Shown here piece by piece: positions 36,489 through 46,335 of a stretch of 64,000 nucleotides of DNA. The stretch comes from an uncultured Methanosarcinales archaeon (GTDB taxonomy: Archaea; Nanobdellota; Nanobdellia; Woesearchaeales; SM23-78). A model generated the notes under the pieces. The model did no database searches, was not told the DNA's origin, and was given only the letters and a program-made list of their open reading frames with translations. Position numbers and translations under genes: made by a program. Every line of letters starts with the position of its first letter. Position 1 is the stretch's first letter. Where the stretch lies: NCBI GenBank assembly GCA_964354085.1, contig CAYGYA010000017.1:961-64960 (forward strand), given 5' to 3'.

Positions 36489-36539
36489 CTTATTAATAAA
36501 ATGCTATGCTTTTTTTGCGGAGAAGTTCCGGATTGTTAT

Positions 36540-37040
36540 TTAACGTGCCCGGTATTTGAGAAGGTCTTCTAATTTTCTTCTTGCAGTTAATAGTTTCAGT
36601 TTATGTGAGTGCTCTTTGGCAATTTGCTCCAGTTTTTTTATGGCGGAATTTTTTCCCCTAGCAATACTACATCCTGAGATCAAGTAAATATTAGGAGTTC
36701 TTAGTAATATAGGATATGACCTGCATCCTTTTGGCTTATCGTTCTCTAGATTGCATATTCTGGTTTCTGGGTTGTAGGCTTGGCAGTGAGGTTGCTGTTC
36801 AGTAGGGTGGATTGATACTGCGTACTCTGGCGTGTCATCTTTTCTCCACCCTGCCAGGAAATAATTTTTGCTTTGCGGTATTTCTTCTCCTGCTTTTATG
36901 CCATAAGCTTTCCTGAATTGTTTTTCTGTCATAAAGATAGCAGTTTTTTCACGGCAGCAGCAGCTTTCAACGCATTCTTCTAGACAGAAAGGCGACAGGT
37001 ATTCTTTCTGCCATTCTTTAAGCTCTAATGCAATCCCCAT
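36540..37040 (-). CDS. Cys-rich putative Zn/Fe-S binding protein (YkgJ/UPF0153-like)
   Basis: CLEECVESCCC cluster near the N-terminus and further Cys (HCQAY, RICNL, GCRSYP), as in CxxCxxCC-family proteins. Confidence 0.5.
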   Translation of the reverse strand: MGIALELKEWQKEYLSPFCLEECVESCCCREKTAIFMTEKQFRKAYGIKAGEEIPQSKNYFLAGWRKDDTPEYAVSIHPTEQQPHCQAYNPETRICNLENDKPKGCRSYPILLRTPNIYLISGCSIARGKNSAIKKLEQIAKEHSHKLKLLTARRKLEDLLKYRAR

Positions 37041-37302
37041 TTCAAAAAGGTCTTATTGCCAGATTTATAAATCTTATTCTGTAACCATTTTATAATGGTT
37101 ATTTAGCGAAAGATTTATATATTAGTTTATCCATTCCATAGTGAAGAAAAAAGAAGGGTTATTTTTAGTCGAAAGGGGATATTACAAGTCTATACTGATT
37201 CATGCTCACCTCTTTTTCCCGGGAAGACCTCGTACTGGGGTCTTCTTTGGGTTTAACACTGCTTAACATGAGAATACAAAAATAAGAAATGACTTTCAGG
37301 AT

Positions 37303-39138
37303 TTACTTTCTTGGCTTTCTCTTTATCCTAAGCTCTTTCTTGTGTTTTTTTCTAGTTATCATAATGCTAAGAATAACGCCGATAATTATGCCCATTACTA
37401 ACGCAGAAACAAAGAATATCACGAGATAGGCATTACTCCTGATAGCCCAAACCCAGGAAACATCAAACCCTTTTTTAGGGAAATAGATCTCGATATTGCC
37501 TAGCTCAAGGGCATATTCTGAGAATATGAGGCTTGAAAATGCATCACCGTTCTCATTGAGGGAATTAGCATACTCATAATAGCTGTAGCCCATTATTGGG
37601 AAGAATCCTCTGCTCTCTTCCTTGACAATAAGCTTCTTAATAGCCTTGAGCTTTTCATCTGCAAGCTCATCAACATGCTCTGAGCCTATTGAAATGCTGG
37701 ATAATAAAAGATTGGACTCTGCCTTTGCAAAGCTGGCTTTGAATAAGCACATTTTATAATTTTCCTTGGCTGCAAAAGCATAGGCCTGGTTAATAGTTTC
37801 CTTTGCGCTCTGTAGTTCAATAGGAATATATACGCCTGCATAATTAATCCTCTCATCTGCTTCTGAGAGCTTCTTATAGCATGCCTGCTTTAAGTATTCC
37901 TTGTTAAGCTGGATTTTTGCTCCTTTCATATTAAAGAAATTAGACCAATACACCCCGCTGTAATAGCGCTCAATTGCATAGGCAAGTTCATCACTTGAGA
38001 TGTTTTCCTTCCCTATAGAGAGGCTTTCTTCTGCTTCCAAAAGGCGTTCCTTAACAGTAATATAAGTCTCCAGCCCTTGGAGCGTTGTTAGGTTAATGCT
38101 CTCCAGGCTTTTGTCAAAATCCTCAACAGCTTTTTTAGTGACCTCATAAATCTCATCTATCTTTTCAGGGCTTTCATTATTAAGCTCTTTTAGATAGGCT
38201 TTTCTCAGCAATACACCAAAGCTAAAACAGTAGCTGGCAGCAGAATAATACTCCTGGGTTTCGAGGGTTTTATTGATGTTAGCCATGAACATATCTGACT
38301 TGTTAATATCGCTCTCATCAGCTAATTTTATTCTCTTGCTCAAATCAAGTGCCCGGCTGCACAAGGATTTTGAAACATTTTTCATAATATCAGTGTAATC
38401 AGATGGGATGCTTATGTTGCCATCAGTCTGTTTCATGGGAGCATCTGTAAAATAAGTCAGAGCTTCCTCCACATTGCTGACCTTAATCACTTCAATACTC
38501 AGGTTAGCTTCTTCAAGTGTTGGCTCTTTATCTATGACATTAACCCTGCTTATGTTAATGTTAGTCTCATTAGTAATATTATTATAGGATAAGCTGAGAT
38601 TAAGCCTGGTCTTATTCACTTCTTCAATATTAAAGGATAATATAGGGATAAGAACTCGCTCAAATCCTGCTTTCTGGGCAGCTGTTGCTTTTTTTACAAT
38701 CCCGCCGACAGGGCCAATGCTTCCGCCAGAATTAATAGTTCCAGTCATCACAGTATCATTTCTTAGCTTAAGATTCCTAAGAGCAGCAATAGTAAGAATA
38801 GTCAATGAGCCGCTAGCACTAGGTCCTCCGACAATTGCAGAATCAGCTCTTATGGTATAGAAGAAATCATAATGCGAGCAGTCCATGTCAAGGTAGTCGC
38901 AGGCAATCTCATTTGCATAACGCGTGCTTATCTGAGTGTCAATTTTGGTTAAGGGAAATGAATCAAGGAAAATCCTTCCAGTGCCGTATTTAACCTGAAG
39001 ATAAGCATCAGCAGTACCCCCAAAAGTTTCATTACCCATCTCTCCAACAGTCAAGAGAATCATATGATAGCTCTTGGCGCTGACCAGCACAAGACTAAGT
39101 AATGCCATTAAAACCAATAGGAGCGCTTGTTTTTTCAT
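37303..39138 (-). CDS. Secreted, C-terminally anchored protein with Lon-protease-like (S16) Ser-Lys domain plus large helical domain
   Basis: Signal LLLVLMALLSLVLVSA. GGPSASGSLTILTIAAL (catalytic Ser context) and GPVGGIVKKATAAQKAGFERVLIP (catalytic Lys context). C-terminal TM YLVIFFVSALVMGIIIGVILSIMI. Confidence 0.7.
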   Translation of the reverse strand: MKKQALLLVLMALLSLVLVSAKSYHMILLTVGEMGNETFGGTADAYLQVKYGTGRIFLDSFPLTKIDTQISTRYANEIACDYLDMDCSHYDFFYTIRADSAIVGGPSASGSLTILTIAALRNLKLRNDTVMTGTINSGGSIGPVGGIVKKATAAQKAGFERVLIPILSFNIEEVNKTRLNLSLSYNNITNETNINISRVNVIDKEPTLEEANLSIEVIKVSNVEEALTYFTDAPMKQTDGNISIPSDYTDIMKNVSKSLCSRALDLSKRIKLADESDINKSDMFMANINKTLETQEYYSAASYCFSFGVLLRKAYLKELNNESPEKIDEIYEVTKKAVEDFDKSLESINLTTLQGLETYITVKERLLEAEESLSIGKENISSDELAYAIERYYSGVYWSNFFNMKGAKIQLNKEYLKQACYKKLSEADERINYAGVYIPIELQSAKETINQAYAFAAKENYKMCLFKASFAKAESNLLLSSISIGSEHVDELADEKLKAIKKLIVKEESRGFFPIMGYSYYEYANSLNENGDAFSSLIFSEYALELGNIEIYFPKKGFDVSWVWAIRSNAYLVIFFVSALVMGIIIGVILSIMITRKKHKKELRIKRKPRK

Positions 39139-39719
39139 CAGTGCTTATACCTCCCTCTCAGCTCAACCTGTTTCAACCTCTGCATAATCGCATCATGCTT
39201 ATCAGCTTTCTTATAGCCTTTCAGAAATTCTTTCAGAGCTTCATCATAAACCTTGAAATGCTTGCTGTCAAGAGCCTGCTTGAACAAATGAATATCAACA
39301 GCCTTGTCCTCAACCTTGTCAGAATGAAAGCTAAGGCCGAAATCAATGAACACAATCTCGCCTTGAGGGTTAACAATCATGTTGCTAGTTGTCAAGTCAC
39401 CATGGATTATGTTATGATTATGCAGTTCTGCAACCAACTCTCCAACTCTTTTTGCAAGCTCAGGCTTCTTGTCAAGTACTTCCCTCAGCTTTTCACCAGG
39501 AATTTTCTCCATGACAATCTTTTGCTTGTCATCAGAATGAATAAGCCTAGGATGGGGGATAGATACTTTCTCAAGCAGATTAGCCTCTCTCCTGGTCCTC
39601 TGCCTTCTAAGCTCCTCGTCAAGCTCCTTAATGCGATAGCTCTTCTTGAGCCTATCCTTTATTATAGTGTTCTTGTCCTCATAAATTACAGATTCTGCGC
39701 CTCTGGCTATTTCCCTCAT
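39138..39719 (-). CDS. bud32: Bud32/PRPK atypical kinase (KEOPS subunit)
   Basis: RGAESVIYEDKN, NIIHGDLTTSNMIV, FIDFGLS. The ATG at 39719 gives the normal ~190-aa size. The stop overlaps the Lon-like gene start (TGATG). Confidence 0.85.
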   Translation of the reverse strand: MREIARGAESVIYEDKNTIIKDRLKKSYRIKELDEELRRQRTRREANLLEKVSIPHPRLIHSDDKQKIVMEKIPGEKLREVLDKKPELAKRVGELVAELHNHNIIHGDLTTSNMIVNPQGEIVFIDFGLSFHSDKVEDKAVDIHLFKQALDSKHFKVYDEALKEFLKGYKKADKHDAIMQRLKQVELRGRYKH

Positions 39720-39778
39720 GGAAAATAGAAAAAAATGCGTGTTTTTAATTGTTTTGAAAATTTTAGATGTAAACAAAT

Positions 39779-40318
39779 CTACTTAAATGCTAATACATAC
39801 CAATCAAATAATTTTTGGTTCTTGTGCTCTGGTGCGCAAACGAGTTTTATGGTGTTATCCTCTTCCTTTTTGATGACAGAATTATTAAGGGAATTATCAA
39901 CTCTTACCAAATATCCTCCTACCCTCACCACTTTTAGGTTCTCAAAAAATTCCTGCCAAGTTTCCTCCCCCATGATTACTAGAAGATCAAGTCCTTCAGC
40001 TTCTTCTGGCAGGTTTGGGTAGTAAGAAACTCTGTGTCTAATATTGTTCAGAGGGTTTAACCCTGCTTTAGGAAAACGATTCCACTCAGTACCTCTTCCT
40101 GTGATTAAAGCTGTTGATGGGCTTTTCTTTATCAGCCTAGAATATGTCTCGTCAAGATGGTCTTCTTTAAGAAAAGAGTAAAGAGGCGCTATTATCAAGC
40201 CTGGCTTTTGCTCTGCAGCCTTCATTATCTTTTCTTCTACTCCAGGATTTTTGTAATACCTTTTAACCCTGTGCTTGATGATTGCGACAGGTAATTCTTT
40301 TGGTTGTTCTTCTATCAT
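39779..40318 (-). CDS. Conserved hypothetical protein, tandem paralogue A
   Basis: Shares VAII..., KPxLIIxPxY, LNPL and RxGGYLxxxDN blocks, in the same order, with the adjacent 181-aa protein. Confidence 0.5.
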   Translation of the reverse strand: MIEEQPKELPVAIIKHRVKRYYKNPGVEEKIMKAAEQKPGLIIAPLYSFLKEDHLDETYSRLIKKSPSTALITGRGTEWNRFPKAGLNPLNNIRHRVSYYPNLPEEAEGLDLLVIMGEETWQEFFENLKVVRVGGYLVRVDNSLNNSVIKKEEDNTIKLVCAPEHKNQKLFDWYVLAFK

Positions 40319-40328
40319 TATTCTTCTC

Positions 40329-40874
40329 CTAGAACTTTAAGTCATACAATGAGCAGTTCTTCATCTTCTTTTCGAGATTCTCTGAAACATTGAAGCCAGG
40401 TTCTTTTCCCTCTACATGCCTGTAAAGTACCATGTGATTCCCAAGATTGTCAAGCATGATAAGATATCCTCCTGGCCTGACACTATTGTGAATAGACTGT
40501 GTAGGTTCTATTTTTCCTTCGCAAAAAAGAAATAGCGCGTCAAGGTTTGCATCTTCTCTGCCTTTGTAAGGAAGATCTGATACTTCATATTTTAGCCTTG
40601 ATAATGGGTTGAGATCCCCTGGGGCCAACGGGTCTATTCTCTGAGGGTATTGTGTTTGTGAGAACATCGCAATATTTGGCTTAAACTTCTTTGCAGCATC
40701 ATATGCCTCAAGCAGTTCGTCCACTTTCATTGTATACCTTGGCAGAATTATCAGGTCAGGCTTTGCCTTCGCTACAGAAGCCACTTGCTTGTTCACTGCT
40801 TTTGTCCTGCTGAATAAGCCTATGTGAGGCTCAATAATTGCAACTGATACATTAATTTCGGTTTCCATTTTCAC
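40329..40874 (-). CDS. Conserved hypothetical protein, tandem paralogue B
   Basis: See paralogue A. Start is the GTG at 40874 or the ATG at 40868. Confidence 0.5.
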   Translation of the reverse strand: MKMETEINVSVAIIEPHIGLFSRTKAVNKQVASVAKAKPDLIILPRYTMKVDELLEAYDAAKKFKPNIAMFSQTQYPQRIDPLAPGDLNPLSRLKYEVSDLPYKGREDANLDALFLFCEGKIEPTQSIHNSVRPGGYLIMLDNLGNHMVLYRHVEGKEPGFNVSENLEKKMKNCSLYDLKF

Positions 40875-41012
40875 ACTTCCCCGAGGAATGCCTCGTCCAT
40901 TTCGAATTTGTTAATTTTTTTCTTGTTAATTATGCTGTTGAAATCCTCTTTCTCTCCATTCTTGTGGAGCTCTTCAAGGATTTGGTCATCTTCTATCTCT
41001 TGGTTCATTATT

Positions 41013-41798
41013 TCACCTTTTATTTAGCTCTCGCTGTCTCAGCTCGCTTATTCTTATCCAGGCATGCTCAGGGGCTAAGTTTATTGCTTCTTGCTCCCTG
41101 ATTAATATTTCTTTTTCTCCATCAGTAAAGTATATCCTGCCATATCTGTTGATCAGATTATTAATTATTTTTTCATGGTCCTCGGGGTTTATGTTATTCT
41201 CTCCTTTGCTTTTTATCCCCCTGATCATTGATGTTGCTTGTATTGCACTTTCATTTAAGAAATATTCATCAACATGGATTATGCTGTTTCCGTCAGCGTC
41301 ATAAAAGCACACAAGGTCTCCTGGATTTATTTTTTTCTCATTGAATTTGGCGCCGTTGAGTGTTTTCATGATTGCAATGGAGGCTGCCTCTATTTGCTCA
41401 GCGCTCATGGCCATGTGTTTACCATTCTCATTGATATATGTCCATATTTCGTTCTTTCTCCAGTAATCCACTCTGGTGTTTTTAGTTGCGCGCACAACAT
41501 ATACTTTGCCTGTGTGCATCTGGTAAGCTTTTCCTGCATCTCGTGAGATTTCTTTGACTAGGCTAAGCTTGCCGTTTATCTTGCTGAAGACATATTCTGT
41601 CTGGTAATCAACAAGTATGTATACAGCCGAGTTTTTTCCAGCTTCTTGCTGGCTGGGTTGTGCCTCTGTTTCCTGGGGCGCACAGCCTGAAATTTTATTC
41701 GGCATTGGTGCAGCATTTAGAAAGGCGTATGCCAAGGCGATGCTTGCTGTTCCTCTTATAGCGGTTCCAGCTTTTTTGATTATGTCTGTTAATATCAT
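41013..41798 (-). CDS. Secreted/lipoprotein-like hypothetical protein
   Basis: The N-terminal hydrophobic segment ends in ISGC (lipobox-like). No catalytic motif recognised. Confidence 0.45.
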   Translation of the reverse strand: MILTDIIKKAGTAIRGTASIALAYAFLNAAPMPNKISGCAPQETEAQPSQQEAGKNSAVYILVDYQTEYVFSKINGKLSLVKEISRDAGKAYQMHTGKVYVVRATKNTRVDYWRKNEIWTYINENGKHMAMSAEQIEAASIAIMKTLNGAKFNEKKINPGDLVCFYDADGNSIIHVDEYFLNESAIQATSMIRGIKSKGENNINPEDHEKIINNLINRYGRIYFTDGEKEILIREQEAINLAPEHAWIRISELRQRELNKR

Positions 41799-41996
41799 CT
41801 TTGCTTTTTATTCCAAACTCTTTAAAAAAACATCTATCTCTGTATTCAGCTTTTGCTTTTGTATCTCAATCATCTGGTCTAGTTCCATTCTTATCAATCC
41901 CCCTTCTAGACGCATTTTGTTGTTTACCAGATGGAGTTTTGCTTATTTATAAAGATTTCGGTTTTGTAATCACTATTAAGTAGCTAAATAATCAAA

Positions 41997-42770
41997 TCAT
42001 CTCTTGGTATAGACATGGTAAGACTTAGAGTGCTGCTTTAGGCCAAGGTCGGTAGGAATTTCCTCTATATCTGGCCCGTGCAAGAACAATTTGGCGTCTT
42101 TTTTTGCATATCTTTTGAACATCTCAATCACTGAGGGCATCTGGAATTTCCAGAGGTAAGCATAGATTATGTCAAAATCAGTGAATGAAATGCCATTCTC
42201 AGAGTAAACATCCTTGTCGCATTTAAGAAATAAAAACGGTCCATCAATTGAGCCATAACCTTCTAAGAATTTTTCTTCCATCCGGACAGCTTTGCTCAAA
42301 TGCTTTTTTTGCCTTTCCTGGAGGTAGTCATCAAGAAACTTCTTAATATAATAGCTGCCCTCGATAATTCTATGGTCCTGACCAGCAAATAGTTCTTTAT
42401 GCCTTGCAAAAAACTCTTTTGAATAAGCAGCAAGAACAGGATTAAGTTCAATTCCCGTGGCAGCATATCCCAAATAATACCATATGGCGAGTGCAGAGCC
42501 AATTCCTGAGCCAATATCAAGAACCTTTTGGTCAGGCGAGATTATTCCTGCCATTTCAGCGCTCCGTATGCTGTCACACAGCCCCTGTCCTGATGTCTCC
42601 TCAGCAATTGTGAGGCAGCTCCAAGGGATTATTTTCTGATCCCTTAAATTGTCAGAATGAGCATTCATTTCAGTGACAAGAGCATTTACCCAGTCAGGCA
42701 AATCATTTTCTCTGCGCTTTTGCAAGATGCTGGCTCTCTCAAGTCCAGATTCAGGTATTATTAATCCCAT
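41997..42770 (-). CDS. Class I SAM-dependent methyltransferase
   Basis: Motif I VLDIGSGIGSALAIW, followed by an acidic residue at the end of beta-2 (ATGIELN). Confidence 0.7.
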   Translation of the reverse strand: MGLIIPESGLERASILQKRRENDLPDWVNALVTEMNAHSDNLRDQKIIPWSCLTIAEETSGQGLCDSIRSAEMAGIISPDQKVLDIGSGIGSALAIWYYLGYAATGIELNPVLAAYSKEFFARHKELFAGQDHRIIEGSYYIKKFLDDYLQERQKKHLSKAVRMEEKFLEGYGSIDGPFLFLKCDKDVYSENGISFTDFDIIYAYLWKFQMPSVIEMFKRYAKKDAKLFLHGPDIEEIPTDLGLKQHSKSYHVYTKR

Positions 42771-42835
42771 GCCTAGGCAAAAATAATGTTAATTAATAAA
42801 TCTTTCGGATTAATAGTTACTTAGAAGTGGTTAAA

Positions 42836-43153
42836 TTATCTCTTGTAAGGAAACCTCATCATCTTCTTGCAGACCTGGCAATAATAAACCAGGTGCTTCT
42901 CCCCCAGCCTAACCCTACAGTTGACTCCTGGCTTTAAGTAAGAGTAGCAGTGCTTGCAAAACCTTTTCTTAAGCTCAGAGCGAATCCTGACCTTTGTCTT
43001 CATGGCAATCTTTCTAGCGAGCTCAACATACCTGTTGCTAAGCTCAGGCTTCTGCTTGAAAGCATTCTCAGCCTCAGAGAAAAGAGTATCAATCCTGTCA
43101 AGAGCAATCTTTCTCTCCTTCATAGGCTTTTGCCTGTGCTTGCGAAGTGCCAT
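42836..43153 (-). CDS. rnp4: RNase P protein component 4 (Rpp21/Rpr2)
   Basis: N-terminal helices IALDRIDTLFSEAE...YVELARKIAMKTKVRI and Zn ribbon FCKHC...CRV...YYCQVC. Confidence 0.85.
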   Translation of the reverse strand: MALRKHRQKPMKERKIALDRIDTLFSEAENAFKQKPELSNRYVELARKIAMKTKVRIRSELKKRFCKHCYSYLKPGVNCRVRLGEKHLVYYCQVCKKMMRFPYKR

Positions 43154-43187
43154 GGTATTAATAGGTTTAGAACATTATAAATAATTT

Positions 43188-44516
43188 GTGCTTGCTATTT
43201 TGTTTGAATGCGTTACTCAGCAATATAAATTGGTTAAATATAAAAATCAGGATATCAAGAGTCTGGTTGTGGTAAGATTATTCACTTTTTTCAGGTCATT
43301 TGAAAGACAGCATTATAACCAGATCATAGTCAGTTCTAGCGAGGGAGCAATTCAGTACGCATTAACAGTTTTCTATGTAATCCTGCCAGTGTTAGTCATG
43401 AGCTTGTACAATGAGACTGTTGCAGGAATATTTCTGGGTGCATTCAACCTTATCCAGGCTTTCTTTTTTAACCCTATTTCTGGAGCATTGACTGATAAGT
43501 TCGGGGCAAAGAAAATGCTTATTGCCAGTTCCCTGATTCTGGGCGTAGATGCTATTTTATTCTTTATACTGCCAATAAGCCTAGTCTCAATTGTTGTGTT
43601 TACCTCAATTTATTTTGTAGCTTACAGCCTTAGAGTCGCTGACACTTACATTCTGAGGATTACTGAGAAGAGATCGGGAGGATTGATGTTTGGGCTTTAT
43701 GAGGATTTAAGAGCTATTGCTTTTTTCCTAGCAGCTCTTTCTATCCCTTTTTTTACAGTTTCAAAGAATTATAAGCTAGCAGGCTTGGTTTTGCTGGCAG
43801 TATCAATTCTTAATTTTTTCATGGTATTAAAAGTAAAGCCAGACCTTAAAATCTCCAAGAGAATCTCACTTAAGCAAACCTTTAATCTTCTCTTCACCAT
43901 CAGGAACGGGTTTCGTTTTATTAAGGAGAACAAGGGCTTCCCTTACTTGGTAATCTCTTCAGCTGTTTTTGAAGGATTTTTTCATGGCACCATCTGGTTT
44001 TTGTTCCCTGTACATTTTATTAATAGCCAGACAACTGGATTTCTAGGCAGCATGCAGTTAGGAATTTATGAGATTATCACTATTCTTTTCGCAGGCTATG
44101 CAGGCTATCTTGCTGATAAGCACAAATGGCATAAGATATTAAAAATTGGTTGGGCACTGACTATCCTTGGAGTTGCATTAATGCCCTTCTTCCCATTTTC
44201 AATCGGTCTAATACTCACCGGAGTCATTATTGCCATAGGCAACAATCTTTTCTCTTTCTCAGCAGAGCACGCTCTTGAGGAGTATGATATAGACCATAAG
44301 GAGGATGGAGAATTCATGGCGTTAAAGAACGTTGTTCTTGACACTTGCTTTGGAATAGCACCAATTATTGCAGGAGTATTGTATGGCTTGGCAGGATTTC
44401 AAGTGACTCTTATAGTATTAGCTGTTTTTATAGGAGGAGTTGGAGTGTTCACTCTTGTTCTTGCATCAAGGCTTATGCACCATAAGAAGAATACTTCTTC
44501 TATCATCAAAGAATGA
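43188..44516 (+). CDS. MFS-type transporter (about 12 TM)
   Basis: Polytopic hydrophobic profile with the MFS loop motif GALTDKFGAKKM between TM2 and TM3. The exact start is uncertain. Confidence 0.7.
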   Translation: MLAILFECVTQQYKLVKYKNQDIKSLVVVRLFTFFRSFERQHYNQIIVSSSEGAIQYALTVFYVILPVLVMSLYNETVAGIFLGAFNLIQAFFFNPISGALTDKFGAKKMLIASSLILGVDAILFFILPISLVSIVVFTSIYFVAYSLRVADTYILRITEKRSGGLMFGLYEDLRAIAFFLAALSIPFFTVSKNYKLAGLVLLAVSILNFFMVLKVKPDLKISKRISLKQTFNLLFTIRNGFRFIKENKGFPYLVISSAVFEGFFHGTIWFLFPVHFINSQTTGFLGSMQLGIYEIITILFAGYAGYLADKHKWHKILKIGWALTILGVALMPFFPFSIGLILTGVIIAIGNNLFSFSAEHALEEYDIDHKEDGEFMALKNVVLDTCFGIAPIIAGVLYGLAGFQVTLIVLAVFIGGVGVFTLVLASRLMHHKKNTSSIIKE

Positions 44517-44605
44517 TGAGATAGAAGTAAAATCATCATAATTCCACAACCAACAAAAGCCTTGCTTTTGAGGTTCTAAAAATTCTTTTTTAGAAACCAA
44601 TATAA

Positions 44606-45859
44606 ATGAGTGCCTCATTATTAATTTCTATAATGGGATTTTTTGATTTTCTTAAGAAAAAAGGGCCTGAGGAGCTAAGCTTTTCCAAGATAGGGGAATG
44701 GCTTGACAAGCAGGTTGCTGACAAGAAGCTGAACCAGAGAGTTGCTAATTCAAAGGACGTCATTAACAGCAAAATCCTTCAGGTTCATAAGCTGCTTGAT
44801 GAGCTTGAAAAAGCAGGCTTGAGGAACGAGAACATTCCTATGAAGGCTAAGCAGATGATGGAAGGCCACAGGAAAGCTTATATTCATAGGCTTAAGAGAT
44901 TTCTCGATGAGATGGAAGTGCCTGATGACTTCTCCCAGATAGGATTCTACGCTGCTAATTTCTCAGAATCCCTCACTAAGCTCAGCGAGGAAACCCAGAA
45001 GAATTTTTTTGTGCTCAAAGAGTTCCTTGAAGAGCCATTGTCAAAAGTGATAAAAGGAGTTAAGAGCATTGAGGATGAGCTTGTAAAGCTCCAGTCAGAT
45101 ATTGAGAGAGAAGGCATTGAGCTTATCAAGGATGCAAAAATACGCCTCAAGCAATACCAGGATGACCTGAAGAGAAAAGCTATGCTTGAAGAGGAGAAAA
45201 TAAGCCAGAGCAAAGAACTGGATTCTCTAAAGGAGAGAAAGTTCAAGCTCGAAGCCAGGCTTGATGAATTGCATCAGACTAAGGAGTATGATGAGTTCAA
45301 GGGATTATTAGATAACAAAAAGACGAATGAGGAAAGATTAAAGCAGATTGAGCATGAATTAAAGATTATGTTTGCAGAGCTGAACAGGCCTCTTAGGAAG
45401 TTCAAGCATTCCTCGCTTCAGGAGAGGCTAATAGATAAGTATTTGCTTGATCCTTTTGGTGCAATAGAGGATGATGCAAGCCTGGTTATTCTGGAAGTGC
45501 TTGCCAAGATGAAGCAGGAGCTTAGCAATCTTGAATTAAGCGATAGCCAGCTTGAAAAAGCACAAGAGCTTATTGAAAAGCTTAGCAGGGAGTTCTTCAT
45601 GGACAAGAGAATGGAGATAGACCGATTGAAAGACCTTAACAAGGATTATGCAACCAGGATTAATCATAGCGTAGTAGCTCTTAACATTGCAGAGACAGAT
45701 ACATTAATAAGAGGCTTGGGTGAGAGGGTAAACGAAGCAGAGAAGTCGCTTGAAGAAGTAAGCAAAGTGCTTGAAGAGATAAACCTTGACTTCCTAAAGC
45801 AAAAAGTAAAGGAAAGAGTAAAGGAAGTTTCTCCTAATATAATAATAAAGGATGACTGA
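44606..45859 (+). CDS. Long coiled-coil protein, function unknown
   Basis: E/K/L heptad-rich for ~400 aa. The alternative ATG at 44633 gives MGFFDFLKKKGPEE. Confidence 0.55.
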   Translation: MSASLLISIMGFFDFLKKKGPEELSFSKIGEWLDKQVADKKLNQRVANSKDVINSKILQVHKLLDELEKAGLRNENIPMKAKQMMEGHRKAYIHRLKRFLDEMEVPDDFSQIGFYAANFSESLTKLSEETQKNFFVLKEFLEEPLSKVIKGVKSIEDELVKLQSDIEREGIELIKDAKIRLKQYQDDLKRKAMLEEEKISQSKELDSLKERKFKLEARLDELHQTKEYDEFKGLLDNKKTNEERLKQIEHELKIMFAELNRPLRKFKHSSLQERLIDKYLLDPFGAIEDDASLVILEVLAKMKQELSNLELSDSQLEKAQELIEKLSREFFMDKRMEIDRLKDLNKDYATRINHSVVALNIAETDTLIRGLGERVNEAEKSLEEVSKVLEEINLDFLKQKVKERVKEVSPNIIIKDD

Positions 45860-45861
45860 AC

Positions 45862-46335
45862 ATGGTAAATCCTGATGATTCTTTTCTTAAAACTTGCCAG
45901 AAATGCAAAGCTACTTGTTGCAAAATGGGCGGGGCAGACCTTACTGAAGAAGAAATGATAAGAATTCTCAAAGCAAACCACCCTAACTTCTTTCGAAAAA
46001 TAGATAAGAACCATTATGAAATGAAAAGCAAGAAAGGAATATGCCCCTATCTGAATAATAATCATAGCTGCCAGATTCAAGACATAAAACCCTTAATGTG
46101 TAGAAGCTGGCCTATTGATACTGATTATAAAGGCAAAAAAGCAGCATTAGTTCTCATCAAATGCCCATTAATGCCATTGCTTTCCTCAAAACAGGTTAAG
46201 GAAATGAAAAAACAGGCAGGCAAAGTTCTGCCTCACATCATAAATGGCGGCTTTTGTAAATCCCAGTTATCAAAATCAGATCTTAATTTAATCTATAAAA
46301 GATTCCAGAAATTCAATAGGAGTAGTTTAACATGA
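45862..46335 (+). CDS. YkgJ/UPF0153 CxxCxxCC Zn/Fe-S-binding protein
   Basis: CQKCKATCCKMGG matches the family signature, with later C..L..N.SC and CRSWP motifs. Confidence 0.7.
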   Translation: MVNPDDSFLKTCQKCKATCCKMGGADLTEEEMIRILKANHPNFFRKIDKNHYEMKSKKGICPYLNNNHSCQIQDIKPLMCRSWPIDTDYKGKKAALVLIKCPLMPLLSSKQVKEMKKQAGKVLPHIINGGFCKSQLSKSDLNLIYKRFQKFNRSSLT

